From NCBI GenBank assembly GCA_023515725.1, contig JALDTO010000009.1:1-64000 (forward strand): a DNA stretch of 64,000 nt, in the 5' to 3' direction. The notes under the pieces are model-generated. The model was not told the DNA's origin, made no database searches, and saw only the letters and a list, made by a program, of their open reading frames with translations. This document shows, one piece after another, positions 11,661-25,224 of this stretch; position 1 is the first letter of the stretch, and each line of letters begins with the position of its first letter. The position numbers and the translations under genes were made by a program. This stretch comes from Amoeboaphelidium protococcarum X5. Lineage: Eukaryota > Fungi > Aphelidiomycota.

Positions 11661-12986
11661 ATGACTCTCAATAATCAGGATGAAAATTCGATTGGCCAAT
11701 AATAAATTCTTGCTGTTATTGAATAAATTTATGTTCGAAGTGTGTACGTGTACTACAAGGTGAATTGCTTGCAGCTGAAAGTAGAGTCTGAAGTAGTGAG
11801 CTTAATTCCAAGTCCAATTGAAATTTTGTAATTATTGTATGGATCAGACTGTGACTATGACTTGGGAGCTGTAATTCAAGTGAGTTTCGTACAAAATGTA
11901 AGGAAAGTTATTGAAAATACACGTGTAAATTCTGCCAATGAAATCCATGCAATGGATCAGGTATTGTTGAATGATGCGGTCCTATCTGTTTCAGAGTTTA
12001 ATGAAAAAGCTCATTAAATAAAAGTTGGTAGGAAAAAACTCAATTTGAGCGCTGAAGCCAAGACTGCACTTGATCATATGCGATCCCAAGTGAAACGGTG
12101 CGACATTTTATCCGTAAGAGACGCGAAACGATTAGAACGCGATTCGATTGTTTCACTCGCCGGTTTGGTAATTCACCAGAAATAATTGAACGGTGCCGAG
12201 TATTCTTTCGTGGTAAAGGATTGTCAATCTTCAGACACTGTGCAAGTGCAGATTTCCCCTCAATATATTCATTAAAGTGTAAAGGAATCGGTATCGCGTT
12301 CACAGAATGGATAGCTGGTGGTATCCTACAACTTTTGTGTTCATAAAGACAAGTTGATTTGTACTCCGCTAAGTCGCGTTAAACTTGTCCATGAACATTG
12401 TGCTGATTACAATGATGTAATAAATATGTTAAAAGACAATGCTCAAATTGATCAAGAGGTGGACTCCAACGTTCTAGATGTTCCTGATCAGTTGACGTCT
12501 TTGTATGACGCGTCCTAGAGAGATGTGAATGATGTATTGATATGCTGTTAATTGATGCGTCTCTTTTCATTGGAACTGTACGCATACTCTTAAGATTCAT
12601 AGGAAAGTGCGCGTTCTAACAGTTACTCATTAGCTAATACGTATGGCGCAGCTAAGTTTCTTATTGATGATGGCACCATGCAAGCCGTTTTGATAGTAGA
12701 GAATGGACGTGATTTGTCTCTTCTATTGGAAAGTTCGATGCTGCAAAAGATAAACTCTGAATTGGAGACTCGATAGTATTGTCAATTGGATAATAAAGAT
12801 CTAACAGAGTATAGAACCGTGTTACTTCATGTGAAACAAGTGTCAAATTCCTGGTTTGGAAATCCATTTAGAAAGACTATCGACAAGTTGAGCACACTCT
12901 GCTATCAAAATGTATAATTTCAACTTTTATCTGCAATTACAAATAAGAGCAAAATAATGGAAACTCTATTTAAAGATACGAAATGA
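11661..12986 (+). CDS. Hypothetical 441-aa protein, possible OB-fold (CTC1/POT1/RPA-like C-terminus)
   Basis: ATG-to-TGA frame with no internal TGA; motif AKFLIDDGTMQA resembles the DDGT motif of CST/RPA-type OB folds. The CDS is likely; the family call is weak. Confidence 0.55.
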
Positions 12987-13053
12987 ATGAAACATAAAAT
13001 TGAATCACACATATTGTCTCAATACTATTTTCCGTTCTTGAGCATGAGAATAT

Positions 13054-14403
13054 TCACTTTTGTTAATTCTAATAACCGTGATGCTGATGTTGTGATTACT
13101 ACTACAGTTGCTAATGCTGCCTTTACAACGATGGAGGCAGACTCTAGATTTGAATACCAGGCAGATCAATCGATTACTATCTCGATACAGAGTTCTAACG
13201 CTAATACTACTATTACTACTAATGGAGAATCTGAGGCTGGTTCTGCTATTGTAAGGACTACTGAGGCGTCTACGCAATATTCTAATAATCATTTTAAAGT
13301 CCTTGATGAGGCACCTGAGACGGATAACCAGTATTATATTGTTATTACTGATAACGCATCTAGTTTCCTGGTCCTGCTTATTAGGGTACCTAAGACTACT
13401 AAAAAGACTAATACTATTACTGCTAGTGACCATAATCTGATGGATGAACAGGATATTATTAACTTGGTGGTATGGTTCCGCCATAATGAGATTGAGGTGA
13501 TTATATTTGTGACTGAGAAGCAACAACACCACGTCTGCTTTAATCATCTTATCCGGCACCACCAGTTACACTAGTCGCGGCTGTATTTACTCTCAAATCA
13601 CCCAGAGCCGCCGCTGTGCTTGTCAATGAATTACGCTTAACTTCACTTACTTGCACCTCCTTTTACATAGAATCTTTCAAAGACTACTACTGCTATTATT
13701 AGTTTAGCTAAACTGTGTCCTGAGACATTGAAGAATCAACAGTATCATTCTAGCCAAGAAAGTCAGCCATGTCACGAGTAGATAGAGGCTTAATAGATGG
13801 AGCAGACGGTTTAGTTGATAAAGCCACAGCCGTCTACTCCGCCTCATCTCATGGCATCTTGTTCTTATGTGAAGACGATGATACCTAGGAGACTGCAGAG
13901 AACACTTTGACCAATTAACCAACTTAATCCTTCAGCTAATTTATGGTCTCTTTCATCTCAGCCCAGTCAATAAAATCATCATCATTATTCGTACCATCTT
14001 CACGCTTAATCTAAACCTTGACATGGAATACATTACTCAGCTGAATGGCGTGCTAAACATCCATGTCATCAGTTAACTCAATCCAATCACCTTCATCATC
14101 TTTGTACTTGAGAACTAACTCTGGCAGCTTCTCAATAGTCTTCAATTAATCTTTATTACTATTACTAGCACCATCAGCAATTGTATTATCATAATTAGAC
14201 GACTCGCCTTTATTCAGATGATGTTTAAACAACCGGCTCAACATGATACACAACTCCGCATAAGTGAGGTCCCTGTTGAATATGGGAATACGCCGAATCT
14301 CCGACTGGCAATAAGCCTTGACCACCAACATTCCTCCACTGAGATTACCACCAAAAATATTGTTATTATTATTACCACTACCACTACTACTGCCAACTTG
14401 CAT
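13054..14403 (-). CDS. TFG-like protein (N-terminal PB1 domain, coiled coil, Q/P/G-rich tail)
   Basis: LSGGMLVVKAYCQSEIRRIPIFNRDLTYAELCIMLSRLF...LKYKDDEGDWIELTDDMDV matches the TFG PB1 pattern LSGKLIIKA..EDIRRIPIHNEDITYDEL..KYKDEDGD; tail Gln largely TAG/TAA. Confidence 0.75.
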
Positions 14404-14647
14404 TTGTTTGAATACGGATATTTCCAATGTAAAACAGTCAAGAGTACAAGCAGATATCTAATCGTCCCGTTGAAAGAAAGAAGGAGATTCGGCGAACCGA
14501 CCGCGCAGCTTTTCAACTTGTCGCGTTGAGTTGAAGAGAAATTTCAGGAGAACACTTTAGCGAATTGTTCCAATAGAAATCATTGGCTGCATTTTGTAAA
14601 TTTTCATTGTTGCTATTAAACAGCTATCCAGATATTTATCTACAATT

Positions 14648-16279
14648 ATGTATAGATTTAGAATCAAAGGTGATATCTAGGCAATTGATGCGGTGTAGCA
14701 GTCATCAGATGGGCAGATTGCAGTTGCGATGGATGACCAGATTTTACTGGCGATTAGTGATAATGAGAATCTTCTGCTTTAATCTCTTAAAATTCCAGTG
14801 AATGAAAGTAAGTAGTAACATCATTCTTAGTATTAGCGATTCTCTTCCAAGTCATTCAGATAGAATTGGACCAAGAAGGTTGCATTTGGTCCTGATTAAA
14901 GCCACCTTCTGCATGGCTGTTCGCTCCTGACTTTGAATGCATATGGCGAGTGTTTTCTCTTACAGACGCGTCATTAGTCAAAGTATGAGGTTGCTTTATG
15001 TTTGAATTAGATTCTGAATACGCAGATTATGCATGATAAATCTAGCGCTGATGTCGTAGATTGCTGTTGGACTCTTGTCAATGGCGGTGTTTATATCCTC
15101 ACTTTGTCTCATGGACTTACCAGTAGTGATAGAGATATGCAGTCATATTTGACCATTTGGCGATACGATCCGTTCAATTTGAGGCTGACGATCGTTAGGA
15201 ATTTAGATTTGGCTCATCCAATGTAGTCTATGGAATGTGCAACTATTCAAGATCGACTGTATGTTTGTCTCACTAGCAAGTTGGGTACCACAGAGTTACA
15301 GGTGATTTCACCAAATGAGTAATGGTGCATAGTGGAACAGTATACTCTGCTGTCATAAAAGTATTCCACTCCTCGAATAGCGAGATTTATTGACGATTAG
15401 TTTGTTATTGTTGCGTATGCAGGTCATGTTAATCTGTTTGCGTTAAATGGTTAATTGGCATCCTAATTTAATATTCCATCTAAGCATTTAGTGACTGGAC
15501 TGTGTACAAATGATCACCGCTCATTCACGATGTGCACTGAAGATGGTTGTTTATTAAGTTTTTTCATTGAAGAAGATAATGTGATATCAGTGGATTAGGA
15601 GAAGACTCAGTATCTTCACTGTGCTGTTTAGATGTCTATGGCTAACGTTAATGTCACTTTTAACGCGTCGTATGAAGATCTCTTGTAATTTCAAGCATCA
15701 TCATTTGATGACTAAGTAGACATAGGTCAACCATTAAGTTTGCGAAGTGGAGTTACACCTAAATTCAGAGGTCTTGCATTATCATCATCTTCTCGATAGC
15801 AGATGGTTATATCCTTTCGACCGGTGAATTTAAAGGACTTTAATTCTACACCAGAATATCAAAGGGAGACGTGTTTACTTGTCGTTGGTCTGGAAAGTTA
15901 ATCAAGTATACCAATTAGTTATGATAGTTCTCTTGCATAAAATGTATTGAATGAAAGAGCGAAGTCTGAGTTTGGTGATTGCGCAGTATGTGGACGATCA
16001 TTGGTCGCAGTAGAGGGAAGTGGTTAGGTGAAATGTGTAGATTCTGATGCTGGCGAAGATTTTAAATCTCACTACTGGTCCTTGTGTTAGAGAACTGGAC
16101 AAGTGCTAGTGGATCCCTTCAAAACATTGTAATGTGTGAGATGCAAGGCGAAATGCTACTAGTTTGTCGATATAGATAAGCAAGTGGAGTATATCGATAT
16201 TGAGAATTGGGATAGTGCACAGGATGGATTATACCCCAAGTGTATCAACTGCGGCGGTAAGTTTGAGACTTGCATGTGA
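14648..16279 (+). CDS. TFIIIC subunit delta (GTF3C4/Tfc8)-like, with C-terminal zinc finger
   Basis: N-terminal SSDGQIAVA and GCSLLTLN; C-terminal DCAVCG...HYWSLCQRTG...QCVRC...KCINCGG typical of zf-TFIIIC; 543-aa open frame. Confidence 0.65.
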
Positions 16280-16330
16280 ACTAGCTGTTAATATATTTTG
16301 GTATAAACTAATCTTTCAGTTACTTTTACT

Positions 16331-17546
16331 TCATTTTTTATTTTTCATCTTCTTGTACGTACTATCTCTCTCGGCGAGCTACTCCACCTGCTTGCGCTCA
16401 TCAGAACCAGGAAGAAGCAATGTCATATCAAACGGATTACTCGTTGCTTAAACATTGACCTTGATCGCGTCCTTAAACTCATTTTATAACTGTAAATCTG
16501 AGACGCTGAATTTTTAGTCTTCATCACTTTAAAGTGTAACCATATAAGGTTCAGAATCCAGTGAAGCTATGAACGCATCATCATGCAGAGGTTCAAGAGA
16601 TACAACTTTGCCATTCAGTTGTATTTGCTGATGAAAAGACAGCTGCTATCCGCTTACATCAACTTGGTATAAATTAATGACAGCGCTATCATTGTACACA
16701 ACAAAACAGAATTTCGAGTCAAGTGATAGCGTGATCTAGCGAATATGCAAGAAGCTATCGTTGTCTTCAAATTACGGAATATCGCATAACACCTGGCACT
16801 TCACATAGTCCCATAAAATCAATCGCCCATCTCCACCAGCAGATATCAGTAATCTCTACTCCGGAATCTACACCATACAGCGAACGTACGCGGAATGTGA
16901 CAGGCAAAATCCATGAATATTATAGCAATCCGGGTAAGAGGAAACGCGAATTTTCTTATCTCTATCAGCAGTGAGTAGATACTTTTCATCACTGGACAAT
17001 AGGATGTCAGTCAACAGAGACACATGTCCAAGCACAAGCTCCAACTTTGCATCTGGATCTTTTACAGATAGACTACATTAATACGAGGACATATTTGTAT
17101 AATCCATACGTAGAGTTAATATAAATCATACCTGTACACGTCGCCAAACTTATCGCCCATCAACAGCTTGTCATCATCGGCGGTAAAAATCAGATTGATT
17201 AGCTTCTTTGGAACATCTCTACACTTGATTACCTCGCATTACTACTATTTAACTCGATATTCAATTATAAAATACATTTATCTAATAAGTTCATTGTTGG
17301 ACAAGCGTTAAAGTCTGAGCACTTTATTTAATCCACAATACGCGATAACTTGATTATCTTTATTGTTAGACACCGCTGCGACTGACGCGTCCACCTCAGC
17401 TGAATATACAATACTCGAAGTTCTATCAATTGTACAAAGCGGTTTAAAAATAAAAATACATTAACGACTTACTTTATATCAAATACAGCCAATTGCTATT
17501 GCCCGTGTACTAACAATTGACCAAGCTGGTGATACGATTTTAACAT
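16331..17546 (-). CDS. TRM82: tRNA (guanine-N7)-methyltransferase WD40 subunit Trm82/WDR4
   Basis: GDKFGDVY, LGHVSLLTD, LLTADRDKKIRVSSYP..IHGFCLSH; three introns; start approximate. Confidence 0.88.
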
Positions 17547-17609
17547 TTTTCCTTTTTGATATCTGTGGAATTGAAAATCAACTTTCCATAAAGGACTTTT
17601 ATCTATTCA

Positions 17610-18668
17610 TCACTGATTAGAGTCTTTGCTAAGAAATGCTTCAAGTATTTCGTTTGCTGCCTGACTTGGTGTTATAGAACCATCAATTACCTGTTTCTCA
17701 AGTGTGATAACCAATGGACGCAGCTTTTACCCATACTTGAGCTTGTATAAGATGGAGTCGGTTATGATCCGCCACATCCACTTCTTTCTCTGCTGACTGC
17801 GCTTCATGTCCAGGTAATTGTCTTTCAGTAACATTTCACGATATCTCAACATCTCTTCCCATACTTTGTCTAAGCCAGTATTTTCTTTAGCGGAGGCTCT
17901 ACGCACTGGGACGCGCCATATATTACCATGCGCAGTTCCCAACTGCTTAGCCTTCAAAAGTTTCAATGCACTTACGTACTCAATCTGTGTCATCATTGCG
18001 GCCGACATTAGATCCCCATCAGCTTTATTGACCACAATTAAATCAGCGATTTCCACAATACCTTTCTTTATGCCTTGTAGTTCATCACCGCCACTAGGAC
18101 TAACTAGAAGTGTGAACATGTCAACCATATCAGCCACCAAGGTTTCGCTCTAGCCAACACCGACAGTTTCAACAATGACTACATCATAGCCAGATGCCTC
18201 ACACAGTAGCATAGCCTCCGCAGTACTTCGCGCCACTCCACCCAGATTGCCTTGAGTTGGCGATGGTCTGACGTACGCATTTGGATGTTTAGAAAGCTCC
18301 ATCATTCGCGTCTTATCCCCCAAAATGGATCCACCCGTCTGTGAACTGGAGGGATCAACTGCTAGAACCGCAACTTTATGGCCTTTGCGAATCAACTGCA
18401 TTCCGAACGTCTCAATGAATGAAGACTTGCCCACACCTGGACTGCCACTTAGTCCAATTCTGAACGATGGTCGCAACTATTACGATGATAAATCTGGCTT
18501 GAACTCTTGCAGCTATTGGAGAAGTTGTTGAGCTTAAACTCTATGTTCAGCGAGAGATGATTCTACTAGTGTTATACCTCTGGCAAGCGAGGCTCTATCC
18601 TATAGCTGTATACCACGAGCCAAATTTTGTACCACAAAGCTCCCATACCGCTTGGACATACGAATCAT
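17610..18668 (-). CDS. MMAA: Methylmalonyl-CoA mutase-associated GTPase MMAA/MeaB
   Basis: [59 protein letters not shown] (Q=TAG), [17 protein letters not shown]. Confidence 0.95.
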
Positions 18669-18859
18669 TGTAACACTCTTAATGGATCCAAACTCTGGAC
18701 TCCTGAAAAGACACTTCAGAAATATAAATTGAAATATAAAACGAAAGTGTCGAAAACTTATCAACACTAACAAAAGACAATGATATAAGGATGAAATGTA
18801 TATTAAAAGTCAAATCATTATAATCATAATAGTGATAAGACGCGTGAGAATTACAACAC

Positions 18860-19297
18860 TCATCTGAATTCAGGTCTGAATGAACCAGGAGCAGATTCCT
18901 TCTTCTCAAATTCAGAGCGGCGTCTGTAGCCACCATCACGACCACCTTCACCGCCAAATCTTCTACCACCCTCACCGCGTTGACGCTGCTCACCGCGAAT
19001 TCCACCGACAGCAGTTCTCTTAAATGTAGCTGGCACAACCTCAGCAGGCAAATGCAAATATTCACGCAGGTAGGTGATACCCTCATCGGTCAAGAAGTAA
19101 TAATAATACTACCAGTTGAACTGAGTCTTTACATATCCGCGGGAGGTCAGAGATTACAAAGCCTTGATCACCTCCAAATTGCGTACTTTTGGGAGTTCTG
19201 GGTGAGATGAGGCCTCATAATCTTTCTTTGCAACCATCACACCTTCTCTAAATAGGGTGCTGTAAATAGCTTTTCTATTCTCCTTTGAAATCAACAT
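18860..19297 (-). CDS. RPS10: 40S ribosomal protein eS10
   Basis: [26 protein letters not shown]...[40 protein letters not shown]; both the KALQ and NWQ glutamines are TAA/TAG. Confidence 0.97.
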
Positions 19298-19642
19298 TTT
19301 CCACAATATTTAATTTTTCCGCTGAAAGCTCTAATGATAATTGAATTACTCTACCGTGGTGTCTGGACGCGTCAACGGGTGTTGATTTGAAAGAAAATTT
19401 TCGGTTAACTTTCGGTTGAATTTCGTCTCGCTGTTTGTTCTCGCGAGGCCCAGAGATCAAGACTCGTCGTTTCAACTCCTGATTACTTTTCACCTGATGG
19501 ATGATTGATTATGTCAGATTCCATTCCTCCTTTGATCACCCTGCGCGCATTCATCTCTCTCTGATTAGTTTTTAAATACTTTAGCCGATCTTTTCTGTGT
19601 CCATAAATCTTTTCTATTTATTGAATTCATCGTGTAATTGAA

Positions 19643-21145
19643 ATGGTTCTATGTTTTAGTGATGGTTGTTCTTCGATCTTGGACTATCTGGATATGAATT
19701 TTGATTTGCGCTACTTTAGAGATTAGTCTGCTGACCTGGTGATACCACCATATGTGGCGAGATTGATGTTGCCTTTCGCTGTCACTATTGCCGTGTTATA
19801 TGTCGTCTTACTGGCGTTTGGTGTTTTCTAACAAGGACTTAATCGATTCTTTTGCCATCATGACCCCATTGGACTTAATGGCGTACCGTTAAAGACTTAC
19901 TTAATCAATAGAGTTCCATCGCTTAGAGTTTTTTAACCAACTTGGTGGTTATTTAATGGACACTTGTAAACCATTTATATCGCTATGACAAAGCCCAAGT
20001 AGAAAGTCAAGTACGAGCGTGAATTGATTGATGCTGGCGATGATGGACAATTAGCTTTGGATTGGTATCCCAAGAGAATGAATTCCAAAGATGAGGACAA
20101 GTTTTTGATAGTTATTTTGCATGGATTAACTGGAGGATCTCATGAACCTTATATCGTTGATTTAGTGAAGAGAACGCGTCATCGCTGTGTAATTGTTCAT
20201 TCCAGAGGATGCAATGGATCGCCCGTGCTGACTCCCTAATTATTTTCAGGTGGAGGTACATAGGATGTGCGTACAGCTGTGGATTATATTAATGGCATCA
20301 AACAGACGGATGGTGAACAATGCAAACTCATTATGATTGGGTACTCTCTAGGTGCGTAGATTCTCGTGAATTACTTGGGTGAGGAGCATGTCTATAGTAA
20401 AGTACATGCAGCGTTTTCAGTCGGCAATCCTTTTGACATGCTGACAGGCTCTATTCATTTATAAAGCACATGGTTCAATCGAAAGGTGTATGCATATACA
20501 ATGGGGAGGAATCTATTTAAACTATTTAGAAAGCATGCTGGTCAATTTAAAGGCAATCCTTTATTGGATTTGAAAAAGATTAGTCAAGTTTAAAGCGCCC
20601 GCGAGTTTGATGAGCTGGTCACTCGTCGTCTGTACGGATACAATTCAGTGGATGAGTATTATAGATTAGCTTCCAGCGTACTGCGCCTGCCGTATGTACG
20701 GTGTCCATTGATCTGCTTTAACGCGCGTGATGATCCTATTTGTCCAAAGTAATCGATTCCTTATGACGAAGCCAGCTGCAATCCTTATGTGTTGTTAGTG
20801 GAAACTGCACATGGTGGTCATCTTGGATGGTTTTAAGGATGGTTTAGTCCAAGCAGCTGGATCTCTGGTGCTATTGCTGACTCGATCGATGCGTTGACTA
20901 ATGTTACATCTATCAAATAGCCCGACTGGTTCTAACATGAGAGTGATCACGGCAATAATGTCAACGTTCTTTCGCCGTCTAAATCTTTGTCGCGCTCTCT
21001 GGTCAGTGTTGTTTCGTAGACTACCTAAAATTTAACTCCTCTAGATTTTGTTGATGTGTCGTTAAAAGGTGTGCAACTTCCTTTTGGAGGTATACTCTCT
21101 ATTGGATTTATAACCACCTCGCTGCTCTATTACTTGAAGAATTGA
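19643..21145 (+). CDS. Alpha/beta hydrolase, ABHD1/2/3 - Eht1/Eeb1 family
   Basis: LFNGHLQTI (Q=TAA 19967), DDGQLALDW, ILHGLTGGSHEPY, GYSLG nucleophile, NARDDP, GGHLGWF. Confidence 0.9.
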
Positions 21146-21188
21146 ACTCAAAAGAAATAAGTTATTCACTACTCTAAATTCATTGGTG

Positions 21189-21749
21189 TCATATTTTGAG
21201 AGTCAAAACTCTGAAATGAAGATTAGGGATTTTAAGCTTTTCAGGCATCACAAATGGTCTTGTCTCACCTTCCCATTCGAAGCCCATTCTCTCGTACCAG
21301 GCGAGGATCTTTTCGCGCACATGGAGCACCCAGATCACGCCGAGATTCACCTAATCAAAGTGCCGTTTGACGTGATCAATCATAGCATGAAACAGCGATT
21401 TCCCGATTCCCATCGATTAGCAGCTGGGATCCACAGCGAATAGGCCAAACAGAGTAGAGTTTTCGGGAAGATTGTACTGTGGGTGATTAAACCACAACTC
21501 TGCCTGGATGCATCCAACAAGTTTATGCACCTCCTGGCCAGAAGACTTATCGGTCGAGGGGATTTCAGCGACAAGAATTGGGTCGCGATCCTCCTTAATC
21601 AGTTGCACAAGTTGAGCCACGGTAATCCTCTCATCCTACACCAATAAAGCCTCGCTTGTCCACCCAAGATCCATCCTATATGCAACATTTATGATTCTAT
21701 GCAGCTCTTCAACATCCCCTTCTCCTACTTTTCTTATTCTTACAGTCAT
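21189..21749 (-). CDS. GNAT family N-acetyltransferase
   Basis: INVAYRMDLGWTSE, FGLFAVDPSCQSMGIGK (acetyl-CoA motif QxxGxG, Q=TAA), WYERMGF. Confidence 0.9.
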
Positions 21750-21816
21750 AACTTATATAGTGTTATCGTACCCAATTTTTTACTTTGCAATTGTTTAAAA
21801 TTAAAAAGCGCGCAAG

Positions 21817-22620
21817 ATGACAAAGAAATATCTTTATGAAGAAACTTCGTAGTATCAATTTTGGAGATTTAATGTTGAAGAGTTGGCTTAGTTGAGGCAG
21901 AAAAGCCTTGAGAGGTGTCTTAGTTAATCTTAACTGCAAGATATAAGTCGGTTTACTGTTAATGATTAGATTGAAATTGCATCGTTCTATCACGGTAAGC
22001 TGTAAGATGTATGCACTTTATTAAAATTCCCGTTTAGAGTAGAAGCTACTGCTGCGGTGTACTACCGGCGATTCTACCTTTACAACTGCATGCTTGAATT
22101 TAATCCGCGATAGATGATGTTAACGTGCGTGTTCCTGGCTTCCAAGGTGGAGAATCATTACATTTCAATCGATAAATTTTGTGCGTCTATCCCTCGAATA
22201 GACGTTGATGAACTGCAAAAGTTAGAGTTTGAACTGCTGAATGGGCTGCGATTCCACCTTGATGTTAATCATCCATATTCTGCACTTCATGGAGTATATC
22301 TAATGCTAAGACGCGATCTAAAAGATGAAGGTGGTATTGCTGCTCAACGCTTATTCGACAAGTCTATCGAGTTTGTTAAAGACTCGTATTTCACTGATGC
22401 TCTATTCCTATATCAACCTTCATAGATAGCTATAGCTTGTTTCCACCTCGCTGCAGAGTAGTTGAATATATAGCTAGATGAGTTTATGGCGCTTAATTTC
22501 GGATCAATCTAAGCTGACACTGTATCAGGTCTATGCAAGTTAATTAATAGTGCCAATAAGGCGAAAGAATTACCGAAAAGTCATGAAATCATTGCTAGTT
22601 TAAATACCAAATAAATTTGA
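21817..22620 (+). CDS. CCL1: Cyclin H (TFIIH/CAK cyclin)
   Basis: YEETSQYQFWRF, ATAAVYYRRFYLYN, TCVFLASKVEN, LEFELLNGLRFHLDVNHPY, LYQPSQIA. Confidence 0.9.
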
Positions 22621-22693
22621 TTTTTATTATTCTACATTCAAGCAGATTCATCAGAAGTTGATTTGTTTTATTTGGCATCGCAATGCTAGGTAA

Positions 22694-24148
22694 TCATCTC
22701 TTATCCATGGAGCACATCCAAATTCTGGTCTTGAAGATCTTAAACAGATCCTTGACCAAGTCACGGAAGTCGACACGACTTTCAGCGACAAAGTAGAAGG
22801 TAAGGCGCTTCTTATCGTGTTGATACTCGGCGTCAATAACCTCCATAGGATACCCCTTCTGTTGCACCTTGGCCTTGATAACTTTCAATGCCTTCTCTTC
22901 ATCGCGCGCCTTGTCAATCAGCTGATTTACTTCATTAGGGCGAGCAAGGCGCAGAATACGAGAGACATCATCTGGAGTCACATCTTCAGCGACGGAATTG
23001 ATCTCTGAGATCTTACCCAGATCGAAACCACGATCAGCCTCTACAATGACCAAATCACCGACATTGAAGCTGTTGGCTGCAGGGTCAGAGTAGAACATCT
23101 CAGTGCGACCAGCCTTGAATTCAATCACGTAGAATCCAGATAGAGATAAATTTGGCATAGGTGCAGCAAACATTGGCACAGCTGGCGTTGTACTATCATC
23201 CAATAGGTTGCCATATTCCTTGACGAAATTTTCCGGAATGGAAGAGTCATCACTTGAGCGAAGGTGTTCAGGAGATGTTTTGCCATTAGACTACTAGACC
23301 ATTGCAGTCGCAATAGAATGACGGCGCTAATGCAGAGACGGATCTTGATTGAAATACTTATCGGCAACATTGTGCACATTCTCCTGAGGGATCTTGTTCT
23401 TGAGATAGTTGTTCGGCCCGTTGTAGGTCGACACACGACGATGCAACAGCTACTGACGCTAAGCTTCATCAAGCAACGGCTGATACAAGAAGCGGTGCTG
23501 TGGATTTGGCACAGCTACAAACGGATTTTACATCATCATTTGGACATCAGGGGACATTTCACCATTTGGGTAATTAAACCCAGCGGATGCGCGCCTAGCC
23601 CAAGGTGAAGGTGCTGGATCACCCTTGATACCAGGAGGAGCATTGAGCATCTTCATATCATCAGCACTGGAGCCAGATGAGAAGCTGAAACTGCGCTGTC
23701 CATGCATGCGACCACCATAAAGTTCAAACACTGGAGTTTGGCCATTAGCACTCTGCAAGCTTGGCGTATACGGAGAGGTAATCGCGTTTTCTGCCACAAC
23801 GTGTTCATTGATAGCAGACAGATGATTTTACGCAAAATACGCGCCAGCAACAGTAGAAGGAGAGGCCGCTGTGGCACTCGCGCGTCTCTGCCCACCGACA
23901 ATGCGCCATTCTTCACTCAGGCGTCTCACGTTCATCGGCTTCACCACTGGCTTATCAGGAGTGGTCATCAGAGTAAGTGCAGGCGTCTTACCATTGGTCT
24001 CCTTGACTTTCTCACTCTCACCTACCAACTCACCAGGCTCCAGCTTATCATCGCGTTTAACATCACCAGATGCAATTTTGGCAGCGTGATTCTCGTCCTT
24101 GGCCGCAGCGTCTTGAGCACGTTGAATTTATACAGAATCTTCTTACAT
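22694..24148 (-). CDS. PSP1 C-terminal domain protein
   Basis: YVIEFKAGR, GDLVIVEADRGFDLG, DAEYQHDKKRLTFYF..RVDFRDLVKDLFKIFKTRIWM; low-complexity N-terminus; starts ATG TAA (MQ). Confidence 0.85.
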
Positions 24149-24753
24149 GTTTATTATATTAGATCTATATAAACGTACAAATTTAAGATAATTATTGAAT
24201 GAGATTAGAAAATCAGAAAGTCAGTGACAGCTTACCTTTTTGTTACAACTGACGTGTCTTGATAAAATTAACTTAGATTGATATATAACTACACACACGA
24301 ATAATATATTCAAATTGCAATTGCTGACACTACTATGATACTTACACTCTCAGTTAAATAGTAGAGAAAGTCAAAGTGATATGAACAAAGAAAAAATAGA
24401 TTGATTTTGATATATAAAAGATGAACTCAAAATTAGTTCATCCTATTGCTTTCCAATCACAGAAGGTGAAACGTTTCACTTCCAATCAAATCGCCGCGTG
24501 TAATTGCGTGCGACCTCAAGTCCTCATTCCATACGCCGTAGATATCATCGATCGAATACAGAAAATCTTCAAGTTACATCAACGCTTAGGTGCTGGAAAC
24601 ATCCGAGTATGTTGACTTTACAATATTTGTATAATAATGTTATAAAAAAATGGCGAAAGAAAGCAAGAGTGTGTTGCAGCAACTGTATTAACACGCTGTC
24701 CATGCAAGACTAAGAGTGACATTATTACTATTTAGTCACAACACAAACTAATT

Positions 24754-25224
24754 TCATTTACGTAATTGAGCATTAGGGTGTACTTGAGGCTCAATGCGCA
24801 ATACTGCGTCAAGCAATTTCTAAATCACCTCCTCCTTGTGTTGTGCAGTTTGAGTTTTTATTTCTTCCAATTTCTATTCCAACAACTAATTGAGTTTTGC
24901 AGAATCATCACTGACATTCAACTACACCATCTTACAAATCATGTACGAATTACATATATATTTAATTCAAAAAGAAATATTACATTTGCCAGGAAATCTT
25001 AATACTCTTTCTCTTTCTATGCCTTCAAAGCCTCAACCTCTTTAACAGCGTCACTCTTTGCATCTTTCAATTTCTATACTCTGTCTACATATTCAACGTA
25101 CTCGATTAAATCGTTCTCGTAAGTATGCTTCAACAGATGTAAAATTACATTATCTCGCTTTAGTTACAACCTTGGATGCTTCACGCTCAGCCTCCAATAA
25201 AGTCTATATTCCCTGAGTGCTCAT
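24754..25224 (-). CDS. VMA10: V-type ATPase subunit G
   Basis: MSTQGIQTLLEAEREASKVVTKARQYRVQKLKDAK...EPQVHPN; two introns. Confidence 0.92.
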
